Positions 12,054 to 26,924 of a stretch of 64,000 nt of DNA are shown here, in pieces. This stretch comes from Eledone cirrhosa (lineage: Eukaryota). The stretch spans positions 212,536,001-212,600,000 of the forward strand of contig OZ024740.1 of assembly GCA_964016885.1 (NCBI GenBank), in the 5' to 3' direction. Within the stretch, counting starts at the first letter, position 1; the number at the start of each line of letters is the position of its first letter. The notes beneath the pieces were generated by a model. It was not told the origin of the DNA, searched no databases, and was given only the letters and a program-made list of their open reading frames with translations. The position numbers were made by a program, and so were the translations under genes.

Positions 12054-12410
12054 TTAGCATTTTATTTTAACGAGTTCTACACTTTGCCATATTGATTGCA
12101 TTATCCTCCAACACTCCCTGGTTCTTATTTCCATCACTGGCTCTATTCTCATCCGCTGCAATTCATTGTGTGTTATCCTCTTTCTAAGCAATAATCCACT
12201 CATCAACCTTACCATTCTCATTTTTTTTGCTCTTTCGATCCTTTTCTGCTGCTCCGTATTCAGAGTAATGAAAGTATTTCTCCCATATCTCGCTCCTATA
12301 TATTCATAGTATTTCTCACACACACTGCCTACATCTTTCTCTTCAGTTTCAATGACACTTCTTCCCTCATTAACACACCACTCAGTTCCCAGAACTTCTT
12401 CTGATTACTG
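12054..12410 (-). mobile_element. Old RTE LINE fragment
   Basis: Minus strand encodes KKFWELSGVL and RMVRLMSG; similar to the RTE at 35660-35860. Confidence 0.55.
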
Positions 12411-12957
12411 TGCATGGGTTCCTCATTAACAAATCTTAAAATGTACAGCAAATTAACAGATTTACAAATCAAAATCCATTTAGTGCACCAAATTCTAATT
12501 GACAATTTCTACATACAAAGTTTAAAGCAAAAAATACAAACTTTTTCTCATTATCAAGCTGGTATTTGGAACATAACATAACAAAGGTTTTTTCATAAGA
12601 TTATGATGAAAGAGGTTTTTTATATAAATGTAAACACTTTAAAACAGTTTTATATTGTAGAACCAGTTTCAGATAGTCTGGTATCAAATTAGAAAGATTA
12701 CACTGGAAAGATTACATTTAAAAATCAACAGTTAAAACACATTTAGGTTAAGATATATTTTATCACATCTTCTTAATGATAAATAATTTACATGTTAATG
12801 GATGTCAATGGTTACCTTTAACAAAAGAAATAGGGGAGAGAGAGAGGGAGAGAGTAGTGAACAGAGACTGAACAAAATTGATTTGATATTGCTTCGAATT
12901 TCTTCAAATACATCCGTCCACTACCAGGTCGTGAGATCGAATCAAGTTCTATTAATT

Positions 12958-13253
12958 GTACACACACACATATATATACATATATACATCAATATATGTA
13001 TACATACATATACATATATATATATACGTATACATATATATACATATACATATATATATATACGTATATATATACACATATATATACGTATACATTTATA
13101 TACATATACATATATATATATACATATATGCATATATATACATATACATATACATATATACATATATACATATATATATATACATATATAAATACATATA
13201 TATATACATATACATATACATATATACATATATATACATATATATATATATAT
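12958..13253. repeat. Compound (TA)n/(TACA)n microsatellite
   Basis: Directly visible. Confidence 0.95.
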
Positions 13254-13290
13254 GATAAAGAACACAAGAGCGTCTACAACATCAAAAGAT

Positions 13291-13350
13291 TTTTATTGGC
13301 TTACAATGTTTCTTCCTTACATAACCGTAGGATTCGTCAGAGCTATAAAA
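13291..13350 (-). ncRNA. Minimal type I hammerhead ribozyme in a solo pLTR-like segment
   Basis: Reverse complement: UUUAUAGCU-CUGACGA-AUCCUAC GGUUAU GUAAGGAA-GAAAC-AUU-GUA-AGCCAAUAAA. Confidence 0.7.
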
Positions 13351-13673
13351 GGGGTTTAATTGGTGTTAGGGACTCTACCAACCAAACATTCAAGAACAAA
13401 GAGTAAAGAGAGTAAAGAGTAAAAGTAGGGGACGATAAGTCTAATTTTGGTGTGGGAGGGTGGGGTGTGGGTCCTTGTTTACTAGCTGCGGTCGTATTCA
13501 TTCCCGGGAGTCGAGTGGTTAGCTGAACCATAGATGGAGTGGCGTCGATAGTAGGGTGCAGATGGTGTGCAGAGGCTAAACACACACAAAGGGCATACAA
13601 TATATATATAACGGAGGAGAAAGTACATGAGGTAATTAGAAATGGAAAAAGAGTAATAATAATAATCTATAAT

Positions 13674-13837
13674 TAATTGTTTCTACTTTAGGCACAAGGC
13701 CAGCAATTACCCAGTCCATTACTGGTACTTTATTTTATCGACCCCGTAAGGATGAAAGGCAAAGTCAACCTCGACGGGATTTGAACTCTGATCGTAAAGG
13801 GACGTAACTATGCTGGAAAGCATGGCGTCCGACCCTC
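13674..13837 (-). mobile_element. tRNA-SINE (same family as 11705)
   Basis: Near-identical to 11705-11880. Confidence 0.85.
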
Positions 13838-14712
13838 AATTAATAGTGTATAATAAGGCATGGGGAAGATTACACTATAATAAGGTATAAAAGTAAGAAT
13901 AGGGTAAAATATAAAGGAGGATAAAAGTGGAAATAATAAAGATAAAAAAATATATATGTAAAAAAAATATATAGAGAATATATAAAGAAATATAAGCGAA
14001 TATTTGGAGGGGAAAACACAATGTAAAAAAACCGATTTTTTCAAATAAAAATTAAAATATTATAATTATGGGGGGAGAAAACGGGATAGAGAAATATGAT
14101 CAAATGTGATTAGTTGAGAGAATATAAGATGATAATAGTTATGTCAAGTTTATACATCTTAATAATAAATAATCTGTGTATCAGAGTTACAGAACCTTCA
14201 ATTCACTTACAGGTTCAAGCCACGTGGCATAGTCCATTGTTTATCTGTGCGGTCATGCGCGTTTGTTTTTGATACCACAGCAGATGCACAAGTTCGTAAA
14301 TTCCAATGCAGATAGAAATCTATTTTTGCTCACCCGGACATTGACGGAGGATCCAATATTCCTAGTTCAATATGTGTGTGGTGTTATTTTGGTCGCACCA
14401 ATCAATCACTTGGTTCAATATTATGGAGTATGGTTTTCTGGTCTTCGTAACAGTGTCAGTGGTTGTATATCTCGAAATCACAATGATCACAGTACTCCGG
14501 TTTGGTGTGATTATCGGTCATCCAGCTATGTTGTTGGTGGTTGGATTCAATTCTATTAGCCCGAACATTGAACTTTGGTGTCGATAGAACATTAACGAGG
14601 CAGGGTGAGATCGCATCTGTGGTACAAAACGGTACTCAAGGAAATTCTTCGTCTTCGTTTCATCCGGGTCCAGCAGTCACGTGCAAGAACCGCTACGTAG
14701 TAATTGTGGGGT

Positions 14713-15041
14713 TAATCGGTCAAGTCAGCAACTGACCGAAAATTCTCTTAGGAATTCAGACAGGCATGACAGGCACATTTAGGTCAGCAGCTTCTTTATG
14801 TGTACGTGTGTCCGACACACACAGACACACATTTATATGTATTTCAACTCAAAAAACTCAATTGATTCACCCACTGGTACTACAATCGGTCAAGACAGCA
14901 ACTGGCTGAAAATTCCCTTAGGAATTCAGACAGGCATGACAGGTACATTTAGGTCAGCAGCTTCTTTATGTGTACGTGTGTCCGATACACACAGACACAT
15001 ATCCATATGTATTTCAACTCAAAAAATTCAGTTGATTCGCC
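14713..15041 (+). repeat. Two tandem ~170-bp direct repeats
   Basis: AATCGGTCAAG...TTGATTCRCC occurs at 14713 and ~14885. Confidence 0.85.
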
Positions 15042-15329
15042 TATTGATATTATATCTGTGTTGCTCAGATATGCATGTTGTGGTGTTCTGGTCGTGCATA
15101 GCATTCACTGTGTTTTGCCATTGGAATGTGATGTTATGGTCATCAATAGTTCGGCAAGCGCATTTCTCTCTTATATTGCGGAGAGTGGTGTTCTGATCCT
15201 CAGTAAACATTTGGGTCAACAGGAGGGGTGGTGGTTCTCAGTTTCAACTTCGACAATACATATGTGTTACTCTGCATATCGTGCTCCTCTCAAAGAAGAG
15301 TATTATAGGAGGAATTCGTGCCACACACC

Positions 15330-15331
15330 AC

Positions 15332-15364
<33 letters not shown>

Positions 15365-15589
15365 CATAGATATATACATAGATATATATATACATATATA
15401 CATATATATATATATACATATATATATACGTATACATATATATATACATATATACATATATACATATATATATATATATATGTATATATGTGTATATATA
15501 TGTAAATGTATATATATATATATATATATATAGATAGATACATATATACATATATATATAAATATACATATATATATATACATATATAC

Positions 15590-15640
<51 letters not shown>

Positions 15641-15765
15641 CATATATACATATATATATAAATATACATATATATATATATACATATATACATATACATA
15701 TATATACACATATATACATATATACATATATATATACACATATATACATATATACATATATATAT

Positions 15766-15804
<39 letters not shown>

Positions 15805-16049
15805 TATATACATATACATATATATACATATATATATATATACATATATACATATATATATACATATACATATACATATATACATATATATATACATATA
15901 TACATATATACATATATATATACATATATATATACATATACATATATACATATACATATACATATATATATACATATATATATATACATATACATATACA
16001 TATATACATATATATATATATACATATATATATAAATATACATATATAT

Positions 16050-16085
<36 letters not shown>

Positions 16086-16271
16086 ATATACATATACATA
16101 TATATATACATACATATATATATATATACATACATATACATATATATATACATACATATACATATATATATACATACATATATACATATACATATATACA
16201 TATATATATATATACATATACATATATATATACATATATATATACATATACATATATACATATACATATAT

Positions 16272-16318
<47 letters not shown>

Positions 16319-16417
16319 CATGCATATATACATATATATATATACATATACATATATACATATATATTATAATAGTGTATATATATATGTATATATATGT
16401 GTGTGTATATATATATT
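15330..16417. repeat. ~1.1-kb compound (TA)n/(TACA)n microsatellite
   Basis: Directly visible. Confidence 0.95.
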
Positions 16418-18071
16418 ATGGACCTGCAAGGATACGCATAACAACTTTGACACAACTATGGGATTTAGTGACTCGGAGCAGGTCACTGATTTAGTGGGCC
16501 TATATCTACTAAATTAAATTTACAAGAACCTACCCTACCTGAATGGTGGTTTATACCGCGATGATGCACTACTCCTTATAGACTATAACAATTTAATATA
16601 GAAAGAATTAGGAAACTATTACATAACATTTTTAAAAACTTCAACTTAAGTATCACCTTAGATAAAAACACTAAAAACGTTAACTTCCTTGATGCTACCC
16701 TTTGCCTGGACTCTAAAATATATACACCCTTTCATAAACCAAACGAAAAACTAATTTATGTGGATACCAAGTTTAACCACCCTAAATCCATATTAAACTC
16801 AATTACTAAAGGAATATCTAATAGAATCTCTAATCTATCATATAACGAAACCATATTTAACAATAATTCCCAATACTATAATGAGGCATTAGCAAAAAAA
16901 TCAGGCCATAAAAATGGGATTGAATTCCTACCTATAAAATCATGTAGTTACAACATTATTTCTGACAATATGGCCATAAGGAAAAATAATAAAAGTAGTA
17001 GCCACTCTAACTCTAATACGAAGGGTAATATCAAACTTAACTCGCACCAAAGTAAACACCATAATAATAATATAAACACAAATACAAATACCTCAAAAGA
17101 CATTACAAAAAACAAAAATAGAAGAACTAATACATTCTTCAATCCCCCTTTCAATCTAAACATCTCTACCAACTTGCCTAAGGCTTTCTTCTCAATCCTA
17201 GAAAAAAATTTCCCATCTGGCCACAAATACCATAATCTTATCAATAAAAATACCATTAAAATCTCTTACTCTACCACACCTAACATCGCATACCATATAG
17301 CTAGTAGTAATAAAAGGAAGATTAATAATTATTTCCAACTAATTAAAACACAAAAGGAGGTAAACTTACAGAACAACATAGTACCTGTAAATCCTAGTAG
17401 CAATAGTAATAATGGTAATAGCACTAATGTAATCAATAACAATAGGAACGACAACCAGCATTACCCTAATGCTATCCATAGCAACCAGACTTCTACACAA
17501 TATAGTAACCGGCAAGCAAACATCCAGAATAGATGTAACTGTAGAACAAATAGAACTTGCCCCTTAGGTAATAATTGCTTAATCAAAGACATCATTTACT
17601 CATGCACGGTCAACACAAACAACTCTTCTAAAACATATATTGGCTCTACTTCGAACTGCTTCAAGACGAGATACAACTCGTACCTCCACTCTTTCAAAAG
17701 ACACAATCTAGCCAACTCCACTTCATTATCTAGCTACATACACTCTCTGAAAACTAGGAATAGACCATATACACTTCAATAGGAAGTAGTAGTTAGGGCC
17801 AGATCGTATAAACCACCGAATAAATATGTAACCTCTGTCTTCTAGAGACCCGTACTATAATCTTTTCGAAACTAGACTCCTAAATAGAAAATCAGAGGTC
17901 TTTTCCTCATGCCAGCACCACTACCGACACTCATTCCATAACTTTAAACCTAGCTGCTAGTATATAACAATGTCAGATAGATTTGAATTCCTCACCACCA
18001 TTGACACTTCATCTCTAGGACTTTTCTTCCCCCACAGCATCACACTATTTGATCTGCTCTTTCCTCTACAC

Positions 18072-18410
18072 CTGGGGTTCTCAACCTGGTCTATGTGGAC
18101 TACTAGTGGTCCACAGGAAAATTCAGGTGGTCCACAGAAAATTTTCAAAAGCAAATTCTTTTTTGATCCATGCATTTGACTTAAAGCTCTGTTCTTCTTC
18201 TTCGAATATGTACGACTTCAGCTATTTACTTGCGTAGATTTTTAGGCACTGCGACATGATAATAACATTTTCTAATTCATTGAAAAAAAAACATCTACTG
18301 ATACTTATAAGTAGCAGTTCTATTACAAAAGATTTAAAAGTTTAGGTGGTCCACAGGAAAAAATTACTTATTTTGGTGGTCCACAGCGAAAAAAAGGTTA
18401 AGAACCCCTG
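18072..18410. mobile_element. hAT-Charlie-like MITE nested in the Penelope 3' region
   Basis: TIRs CTGGGGTTCTCAACC / GGTTAAGAACCCCTG, internal GTGGTCCAC repeats, 8-bp TSD CTCTACAC (18064-18071, 18411-18418). Confidence 0.88.
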
Positions 18411-19570
18411 CTCTACACAACTCCTATTTATCTCAAACCTTATACTCTACAATAACTATTAGAAATAAACATAAAGTTACCACCTTTTAATATAACTAAT
18501 ATAGCTTACTTATAATATATACAGTAATGGATATATAATATGTAGAGACAATTAATGTAATATGTGATAATAAATTATATATATATTTATAATTAAATAT
18601 ATAAATTAATAGCATTGTATATAAAGGATTAAATTATTAACATAAGGGATTTAACTAATTGGACATGTAAACAGCTATACATTTTGCCATAACTTATATC
18701 TTGTCCAGTAATGGATAGATAACAATCTAATGAGACCTTTTATATATATGATAGGAGAATAGACTGTATTTAAAATTAAATATAAATATATAACATTATG
18801 TAAAAGGGATTCAATTGTGACACTATATAATGTGTATTAGAACAAGGAATTTAGTGATACTTTCCTATATAATCTAATTTAATTTAATGAGCTAGTTACC
18901 TCCCCTTACTCATTAGTTCCCCTTAATTTTGGATATCATAATCACTTCCGGAAATTAAACCGTTAGAAAAACTCGCTGTAGAGCAACACTAATCCATAAA
19001 TAAGAATACAATAAGACCAATTTACAATCCATTGCTGTAACTAATTAAAAACTTTCAATATAAACATTAACTAAAATATAATTTAACATATGTAATGGAA
19101 AACAAAACAATAACTTTGATATTCTCAACACATACAAATTTGAACTCTACAGAAACTATCATCACATTACATCATCCATAATTTTAATACACTAACATAT
19201 TCGCTTAATAAGCTTGTATTTTATGTAATACCTTTGCCATACAGTATTTATATATGCCTAATACCTTTGCTTGTTTCCTTCTCATATATATGACTAACGC
19301 ATGTGCACTTTCTATACGCTTGCATATGTACTGCAAGTGTCCTCATTCTTTCTCAATGCCTCTTTAATTATTAGACTATTTTCTTGTATTATCTGTTGCA
19401 TGTATTCCACTCTGTGCTTTTAATTTTAATTTGAATTTTTGTACAATTCTCTTATACTATATGTTGCATCCATTACACCCTGTAAATACTAAACTGTTGT
19501 TCACAATATCAATATATATGTATCTATATGATTGTTCAGTTGAATAGGAGGTCAATTATATGTACAAACA

Positions 19571-19630
19571 TTGATAATGCTCCGATGACTCCAAACGAAA
19601 GTTTGGAAGAAACGAATGTCAGCAATTAAA
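19571..19630 (+). ncRNA. Hammerhead ribozyme (variant core CCGAUGA) at the 3' end of the Penelope element
   Basis: ATAATGCT-CCGATGA-cTCCAAAC GAAA GTTTGGAa-GAAAC-GAAT-GTC-AGCAATT. Confidence 0.72.
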
Positions 19631-19659
19631 TGATTTGAACATAACTTTGATATTTGTGT

Positions 19660-19749
19660 AATTTATCTATATGTGTATATCTATATGTATATATATATAT
19701 ATGTGTATATGTATATATATATATGTGTTTATGTATAGGTATATATATA

Positions 19750-19827
<78 letters not shown>

Positions 19828-19886
19828 TGTGTGTGTATTTATATATATATATGTGTTTATATGTGTGTATATGTATCTATATATAT

Positions 19887-19958
<72 letters not shown>

Positions 19959-20082
19959 ATATGTATATATATCTATATGTACATATACATATATACATAT
20001 ACATATATATATATATACATATACACACACATATATACACACATATTTACATATACACACACACATATATATATATACATAT

Positions 20083-20121
<39 letters not shown>

Positions 20122-20788
20122 TATATATATATACATATACATTTACACATATAAATATATACATATATATATACACTATTATTTATATACACATATACAT
20201 ATAGATATACATATATATATGCATGTACATATATATACATATACATATATATAAATATACATATACACACACATATATATACACACACATATATATATAT
20301 ATACATATACACATATATATATATACATATACATATATATACATATATATATATATGTATATGTAAATATATATATATATATACATATATACACATATAC
20401 AAATATATATACATATACTTATATACACACACACATATATATATACATATATATATACACATATATATATGCATATACATATATATATACGCATATATAT
20501 ATATGTATATAGATATATATATACACATATATATAAACATATACATATATATATACACATATACATATATAAATATATATACACATATATATACACATAT
20601 ATATATACATATACTTATATATATACACACATATATATATACATATATAAACATATATATACACATATTTATACATATACATATATATATATACACATAC
20701 ATATACATATATCTATACACATACATATATACATATATATATATACACATATATATAAACATATACATATACACATACGTATATACAT

Positions 20789-20821
<33 letters not shown>

Positions 20822-21122
20822 CACATATTAATATACACATATATATATATACATATACTTATATACATATAAACACAGACATATATATACATATATACAC
20901 ACATATATACATACATATATATATACACATATATACACACATATACATACATATATATACACATATATACATATATATATATACATATATATATATACAT
21001 ATATATATATACATATATATATATACATATATATATATATACACATATATATACACATATATATATATATACATATATATATATACATATATATAGACAT
21101 ATACATAAATATATACATATAT
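19660..21122. repeat. ~1.4-kb compound (TA)n/(CA)/(TG) microsatellite
   Basis: Directly visible. Confidence 0.95.
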
Positions 21123-21520
21123 TCACGCACACGCACATAGAACAGACAACCAACACGCACATAGAACAAACAACCAACCGGTAACATGTAAATAAACGAA
21201 TATAAACACACACAGACACCCGGATGTGGCGCATGTGCAGACTGAGCACACAACACACACACAGAAACAAAATGGCGTAGGACAGAACAAAGGAGAGGCA
21301 CAAAAACAAAGAAAAGAATCCCCAGTCACTGAAGAGGTCACAGAATGTGTGACGAAAGAACTTTGACAATATATAAACAACTATCTGGTTGTGGAATCAA
21401 CCAACCAACCAGAAATTTATAAATTCCTAAATTTATAAATTTATTATAATAAATTGAAGTGAAAGCAACTGGTGCGTGTTTTTCTTATTGGCAACATGAC
21501 CCTCCCAAAGTATAACAACA
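21123..21520 (+). mobile_element. Solo Penelope pLTR related to the element at 38900-40460
   Basis: Shares GCGCATGTGCAGA, AAAATGGCGTAG and CGAAAGAACTTTG with the reverse complement of 39090-39240; contains an HHR. Confidence 0.65.
21324..21368 (+). ncRNA. Minimal hammerhead ribozyme
   Basis: GTCA-CTGAAGA-g-GTCAC AGAATGT GTGAC-GAAAG-AA-CTT-TGAC. Confidence 0.62.
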
Positions 21521-21548
21521 TATATATATACATATATATATATACATA

Positions 21549-21590
<42 letters not shown>

Positions 21591-21612
21591 TATATACATA
21601 TATATATATACG

Positions 21613-21644
<32 letters not shown>

Positions 21645-22311
21645 ATTCTTAAGGATACTATTTATAGTTATGAATATTTTAAACTTTTTATAGTTATGTA
21701 TATTTTAAACCCTAAACAGTGAACGTCAGTAATTTATTACTACCTTATTACCAGTAAGATAAATAGCTCAATGTAATAACATCCGTTGTTCTACAGAGCA
21801 GTTATATAGAATTAACAAGAATCAAAGCTATGTTCAAAGCATTTATACCCAAACCTAGGCATGGAGTCTTCGGAGCATTTTTCAATGTTTGTACATATAA
21901 TTGACCTCCTATCCAACGCAAGAGACATACAGATACATATATATATATATAATGATGAACAGTGGAGTGACATATATTATACTATATTATATTTGTACAG
22001 CAATTCAAATTCAAAATCAAAATCAAAATCAAAATTAAAATACATTCGGCAGATAACACAGATAATGCATGAGGATAGTTTGAAAATCAGATCTAGTAGG
22101 TAGTGTTGGCGTTAGTTACACATGGAGCATGCAAGTGTGTCTCATTTATATACGATTATTGTGTGGCAAAAGAATATGTGTGCAGAAAAAGGGAAAAAAA
22201 AAAGAAAAAGAAAGTTATAGTTTTTGCATCTACCACCATTTTCACTTTCAGAAAAAGGAAGATATAGTTTTTACATCCATCACATATGTTACGATGATTC
22301 CGTATTGAATG

Positions 22312-22378
<67 letters not shown>

Positions 22379-22583
22379 CATATATACATATATACACATA
22401 TATATACATATATATATACACATATATGTACACATATATATACATATATATATATACACATATATATATACATAAATATACACATAAATATATACATATA
22501 CATAAATATATATACATATATATACATATACATAAATATATATACATAAATATATACATATATATATATACATATATGCATAT

Positions 22584-22636
<53 letters not shown>

Positions 22637-22659
22637 TATACATATATATATATACAAAG

Positions 22660-22702
<43 letters not shown>

Positions 22703-22819
22703 TATATACATATATATAGAGAGATATATATATACATATATATATATACATATATATATATATAGATATATATATATACATATATTAGAGATATACATAT
22801 ATAGAGAGATATATAGCCA

Positions 22820-23531
<712 letters not shown>

Positions 23532-23560
23532 AATATATATATAAATATATATATATATAA

Positions 23561-23638
<78 letters not shown>

Positions 23639-23699
23639 ATACATATATATATATAGATATAGATATACATACATATATATATAGATAGATATATATACA

Positions 23700-24152
23700 T
23701 ATATCTATCTATCTATCTAAGGCGGGTAAAATTCCCGAGATCCATGGACGAGTTCTCTCCAGCGGTCTCTGTCCCTCATTATCGCTGCCATGTCCTGCGT
23801 CTCCAACAGACCAGTGTCTGTCCTTAGGGCATCAACATACGTTAACCTTGGTCTTCCTCTTCTAGTGTGTCCATCCTTCATTGCTGTAGTGGAGTCTGTG
23901 CTGCTGTATGGGTCTGAGACTTGGACACTGACCAAGATACTCACTCAGATGGTGGATGGGTGCTACACGAGAATGCTGAGGATGGCTCTGAACATTAATC
24001 AGTATACACTGAGGATGAAGAACTCAGAGCTGTATGGGAGCATCCCAAAAGTCAGCTCAAAAGTGACACAGAGGAGACTGAGGTTAGCTGGACATGCTCA
24101 CCGACATCTAGAGTTGACATTGCACTCAGTGCTCCTTTGGGAGCCCCTACAT
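23700..24152. mobile_element. RTE-group LINE 3' end with 5' inversion
   Basis: Minus-strand 23717-23874 encodes GHTRRGRPRLTY..DRDRWR; plus-strand 23876-24152 encodes the preceding region VESVLLYGSETW..LLWEPLH. Confidence 0.85.
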
Positions 24153-24190
24153 ATACGTAAATATACACATATATATATACATATATATAC

Positions 24191-24244
<54 letters not shown>

Positions 24245-24279
24245 TTATATATGTATACATATTAGAATATTAGAACAGA

Positions 24280-25935
24280 CTCAGCTGCTGGGCCTGATGG
24301 ATTCCTAGCAGTCCTCTTAAAAACATGTAAGCGAGCCTTAGCAACTCCACTGATGACGCTCTTCAGAAGCTCCTTGGCTAGCGGTATACTACCCAGAGAG
24401 CAGAAAGAAGACACAATATGCCCTATCCATAAAGGAGTTAGCAGAGAGGTGGCCAAAAACTATAGACCTGTCTCCCTGACGTCACATATCACTAAGGTCA
24501 TGCAGCGAATCACCAGAAAGAAACTGATCACTTTCCTCGAGGAAAATGACCGCCTGACTAGCACGCAGCATGGCTTTCGCCCAGGAAGAAGCTGACTTAC
24601 ACACCTGCTACATCACTACGACTGGGTACTGAAACAACTGCTAGACAGCGCACATATGGACGTGATATATCTTGACTTTGCGAAGGCCTTTGACAAGGTC
24701 GACCACGGAATGATATGTCGCAAACTACACGGACTCGGCATAACTTGAAAAGTAGGTGAGTGGCTGCATGACTTCTTAAAGGACAGAAGCCAGACAGTTG
24801 CAGCAAACGGAGCCCTCTCAAAGGAAACATCAATAACGAGTGGGGTGCCCCAAGGCACAGTCCTGGGACCGCTACTATTTTTGGTGGCTCTCTCAGACAT
24901 GCCCTCAATGGTCCATACAACATCCCTCACTAGCTATGCTGATGTCACTAAGGTAGCAGAGGCAGTCAAAGACCCGGCTGACGCTGCCTTTTTACAACAA
25001 GGTCTGATATGCCATATACAAATAGGCGGAAGATAACAACATGCAATTTAATGCTGGCAAATTCCAAGCCCTACACTACAAACCTGCAAACACAAAAAAA
25101 ATTCAACACAGTTACGCAGGACCAGGAGGTACCGATATCCTCGTGTCAAAATCGATACGAGACCTGGGTATAGACATGAGCGATGATGCATCTTTTTCCT
25201 CACACATCATGAAAGTGGCGACAATGTGCAGACGACTCGCTGGCTGGATCTTGAGGGCTTTCCGGACAAGAGACCGAGACACCATGTTGACACTATGGAG
25301 GACATTTGTCCTAAGCCGCCTGGACTATTGCTCCCAGTTGTGGTCACCACATAGTGTCTAACTAACCACGGAACATGAGGCAATCTAGCGAAGCTACACC
25401 AAGAGGATTGCGACGATTAAGGAGATAAGCTACTGGGAGAAGCTAAAAGAACTGAATCTCTACTCCTTGGAACGAAGACGGGAGAGATAGACAGTGATCT
25501 ACATGTGGAAAATCCTGGAGGGACTAGCACCAAACTTTGGCATTGGGAGCTGGACCAACCGTCGAACAGGACGTCACAGTCTGGTGCCAAAGGGTTCGTC
25601 TTCCACATCTAGAATAAGGAGCAGATATTGCAATAACCTGGGGTTCAAGGGCCCTCAACTCTTCAACAGGCTGCCGAGTGATCTGAGAGATCTGCATGGT
25701 GTGGATGTGGATGTCTTCGAGAAACATCTCGACACCTTGAATCCAGGATCTCGGATGAGCCCACAGCAAGGCATGAGGGAAACCTAAGGGCAGCAGCAAC
25801 AAACTCCCTCTTGCACCAGTGGCCAACCAATGCAGGTTGGAGATAAAATGTGTAGCAACAAGGGCGGTGCCCCAGCATGGCCTCAGCCGGATGGCTGGAA
25901 CATGTAAAAGAGTAAAAAGAGTAAAAAGAGTAAAA
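24280..25935 (+). mobile_element. CR1-clade LINE RT region, degenerate, with GTAAAAAGA tail repeats
   Basis: AAGPDG, NYRPVSLTS, QHGFRPGRS, YLDFAKAFDKVDH, SGVPQGTVLGP, YADVTK, SRLDYCSQLWSP. Confidence 0.92.
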
Positions 25936-26075
25936 ATAATATATATACATATATATTATATATATACATATATACGTATATATATGTATATATATATATA
26001 TATACATATATATGCATATACATATATATATACATATATACATATATATGCATATATACGTATATATACACACAC

Positions 26076-26160
<85 letters not shown>

Positions 26161-26623
26161 TATATACATATATAGATATATACATATATATATACATATA
26201 TATACATATAAATACATAATCGGAGAAAGCTAATAGCGATACTCCGGCCAAATTCAAACTCACTCAACAAACATTAGGAAATACCTGAGTATATTCCTAA
26301 TTAAACGTTCGGGGTGCTAACTAATTGTATTGCGTGGAAAATTGGCTGTATTATTTCATATGAGATATATCAAATATATCTCTTCCTAGACGGACGTCTC
26401 GTTTCACTATAAGATTACTACAAGTTGGTTGAAATTATACTAATTTATGTAGAAGCTTGTATAAGATCAACAGATACTTATTCAAGTGGGCTCTTATAAT
26501 TCTTCAGTGGGTGCCCAATAATATAATATTAATATTGATAACCAAATCAACATCAATATTTAGCGATAATCACCATCAGTGCTTGAGGGAGCTGGTAGGT
26601 TGTTATACATATATATGTATACA

Positions 26624-26781
26624 TATGGTGGCTGCCAACTCGTTTTCGAGTACGGCTACTACTTTATATCCATGTAGCAGATCTTCTACCGATCCGCTGA
26701 ACGAGTGTGACGTTTTAGTCCAGCCAGCGACTTGAAAACTCTGGTACAAAGACTACACTTGTGACAATTATTGACACATAG
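26624..26781 (-). mobile_element. 3' fragment of the RTE-derived non-autonomous element
   Basis: Matches 9269-9426; encodes [17 protein letters not shown]. Confidence 0.8.
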
Positions 26782-26850
26782 TATACATATATATACATAT
26801 AGATATATATATATACATATATATGTATATATATATATATACATATTTAT

Positions 26851-26884
<34 letters not shown>

Positions 26885-26924
26885 ATATATATACATATAT
26901 ATGTATATATATATATATATATAA

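Larger units (their letters stand above)
16418..19655 (+). mobile_element. Penelope-like element, Naiad-type (RT + C-terminal GIY-YIG), 5'-truncated, with a long AT-rich 3' region and terminal HHR
   Basis: RT motifs [22 protein letters not shown] and GLYRDDAL; zinc finger CNCR..CPLGNNC; GIY-YIG IIYSC..TYIGST..FKTRY; C-terminal LNRKSEVFSSCQH. Confidence 0.9.

Noticed and set aside
26385-26480. Minus-strand GAAAC-GAGAC-GTC with an upstream CTGTTGA
   Set aside because: The core is mutated and stems I and II cannot be paired convincingly.
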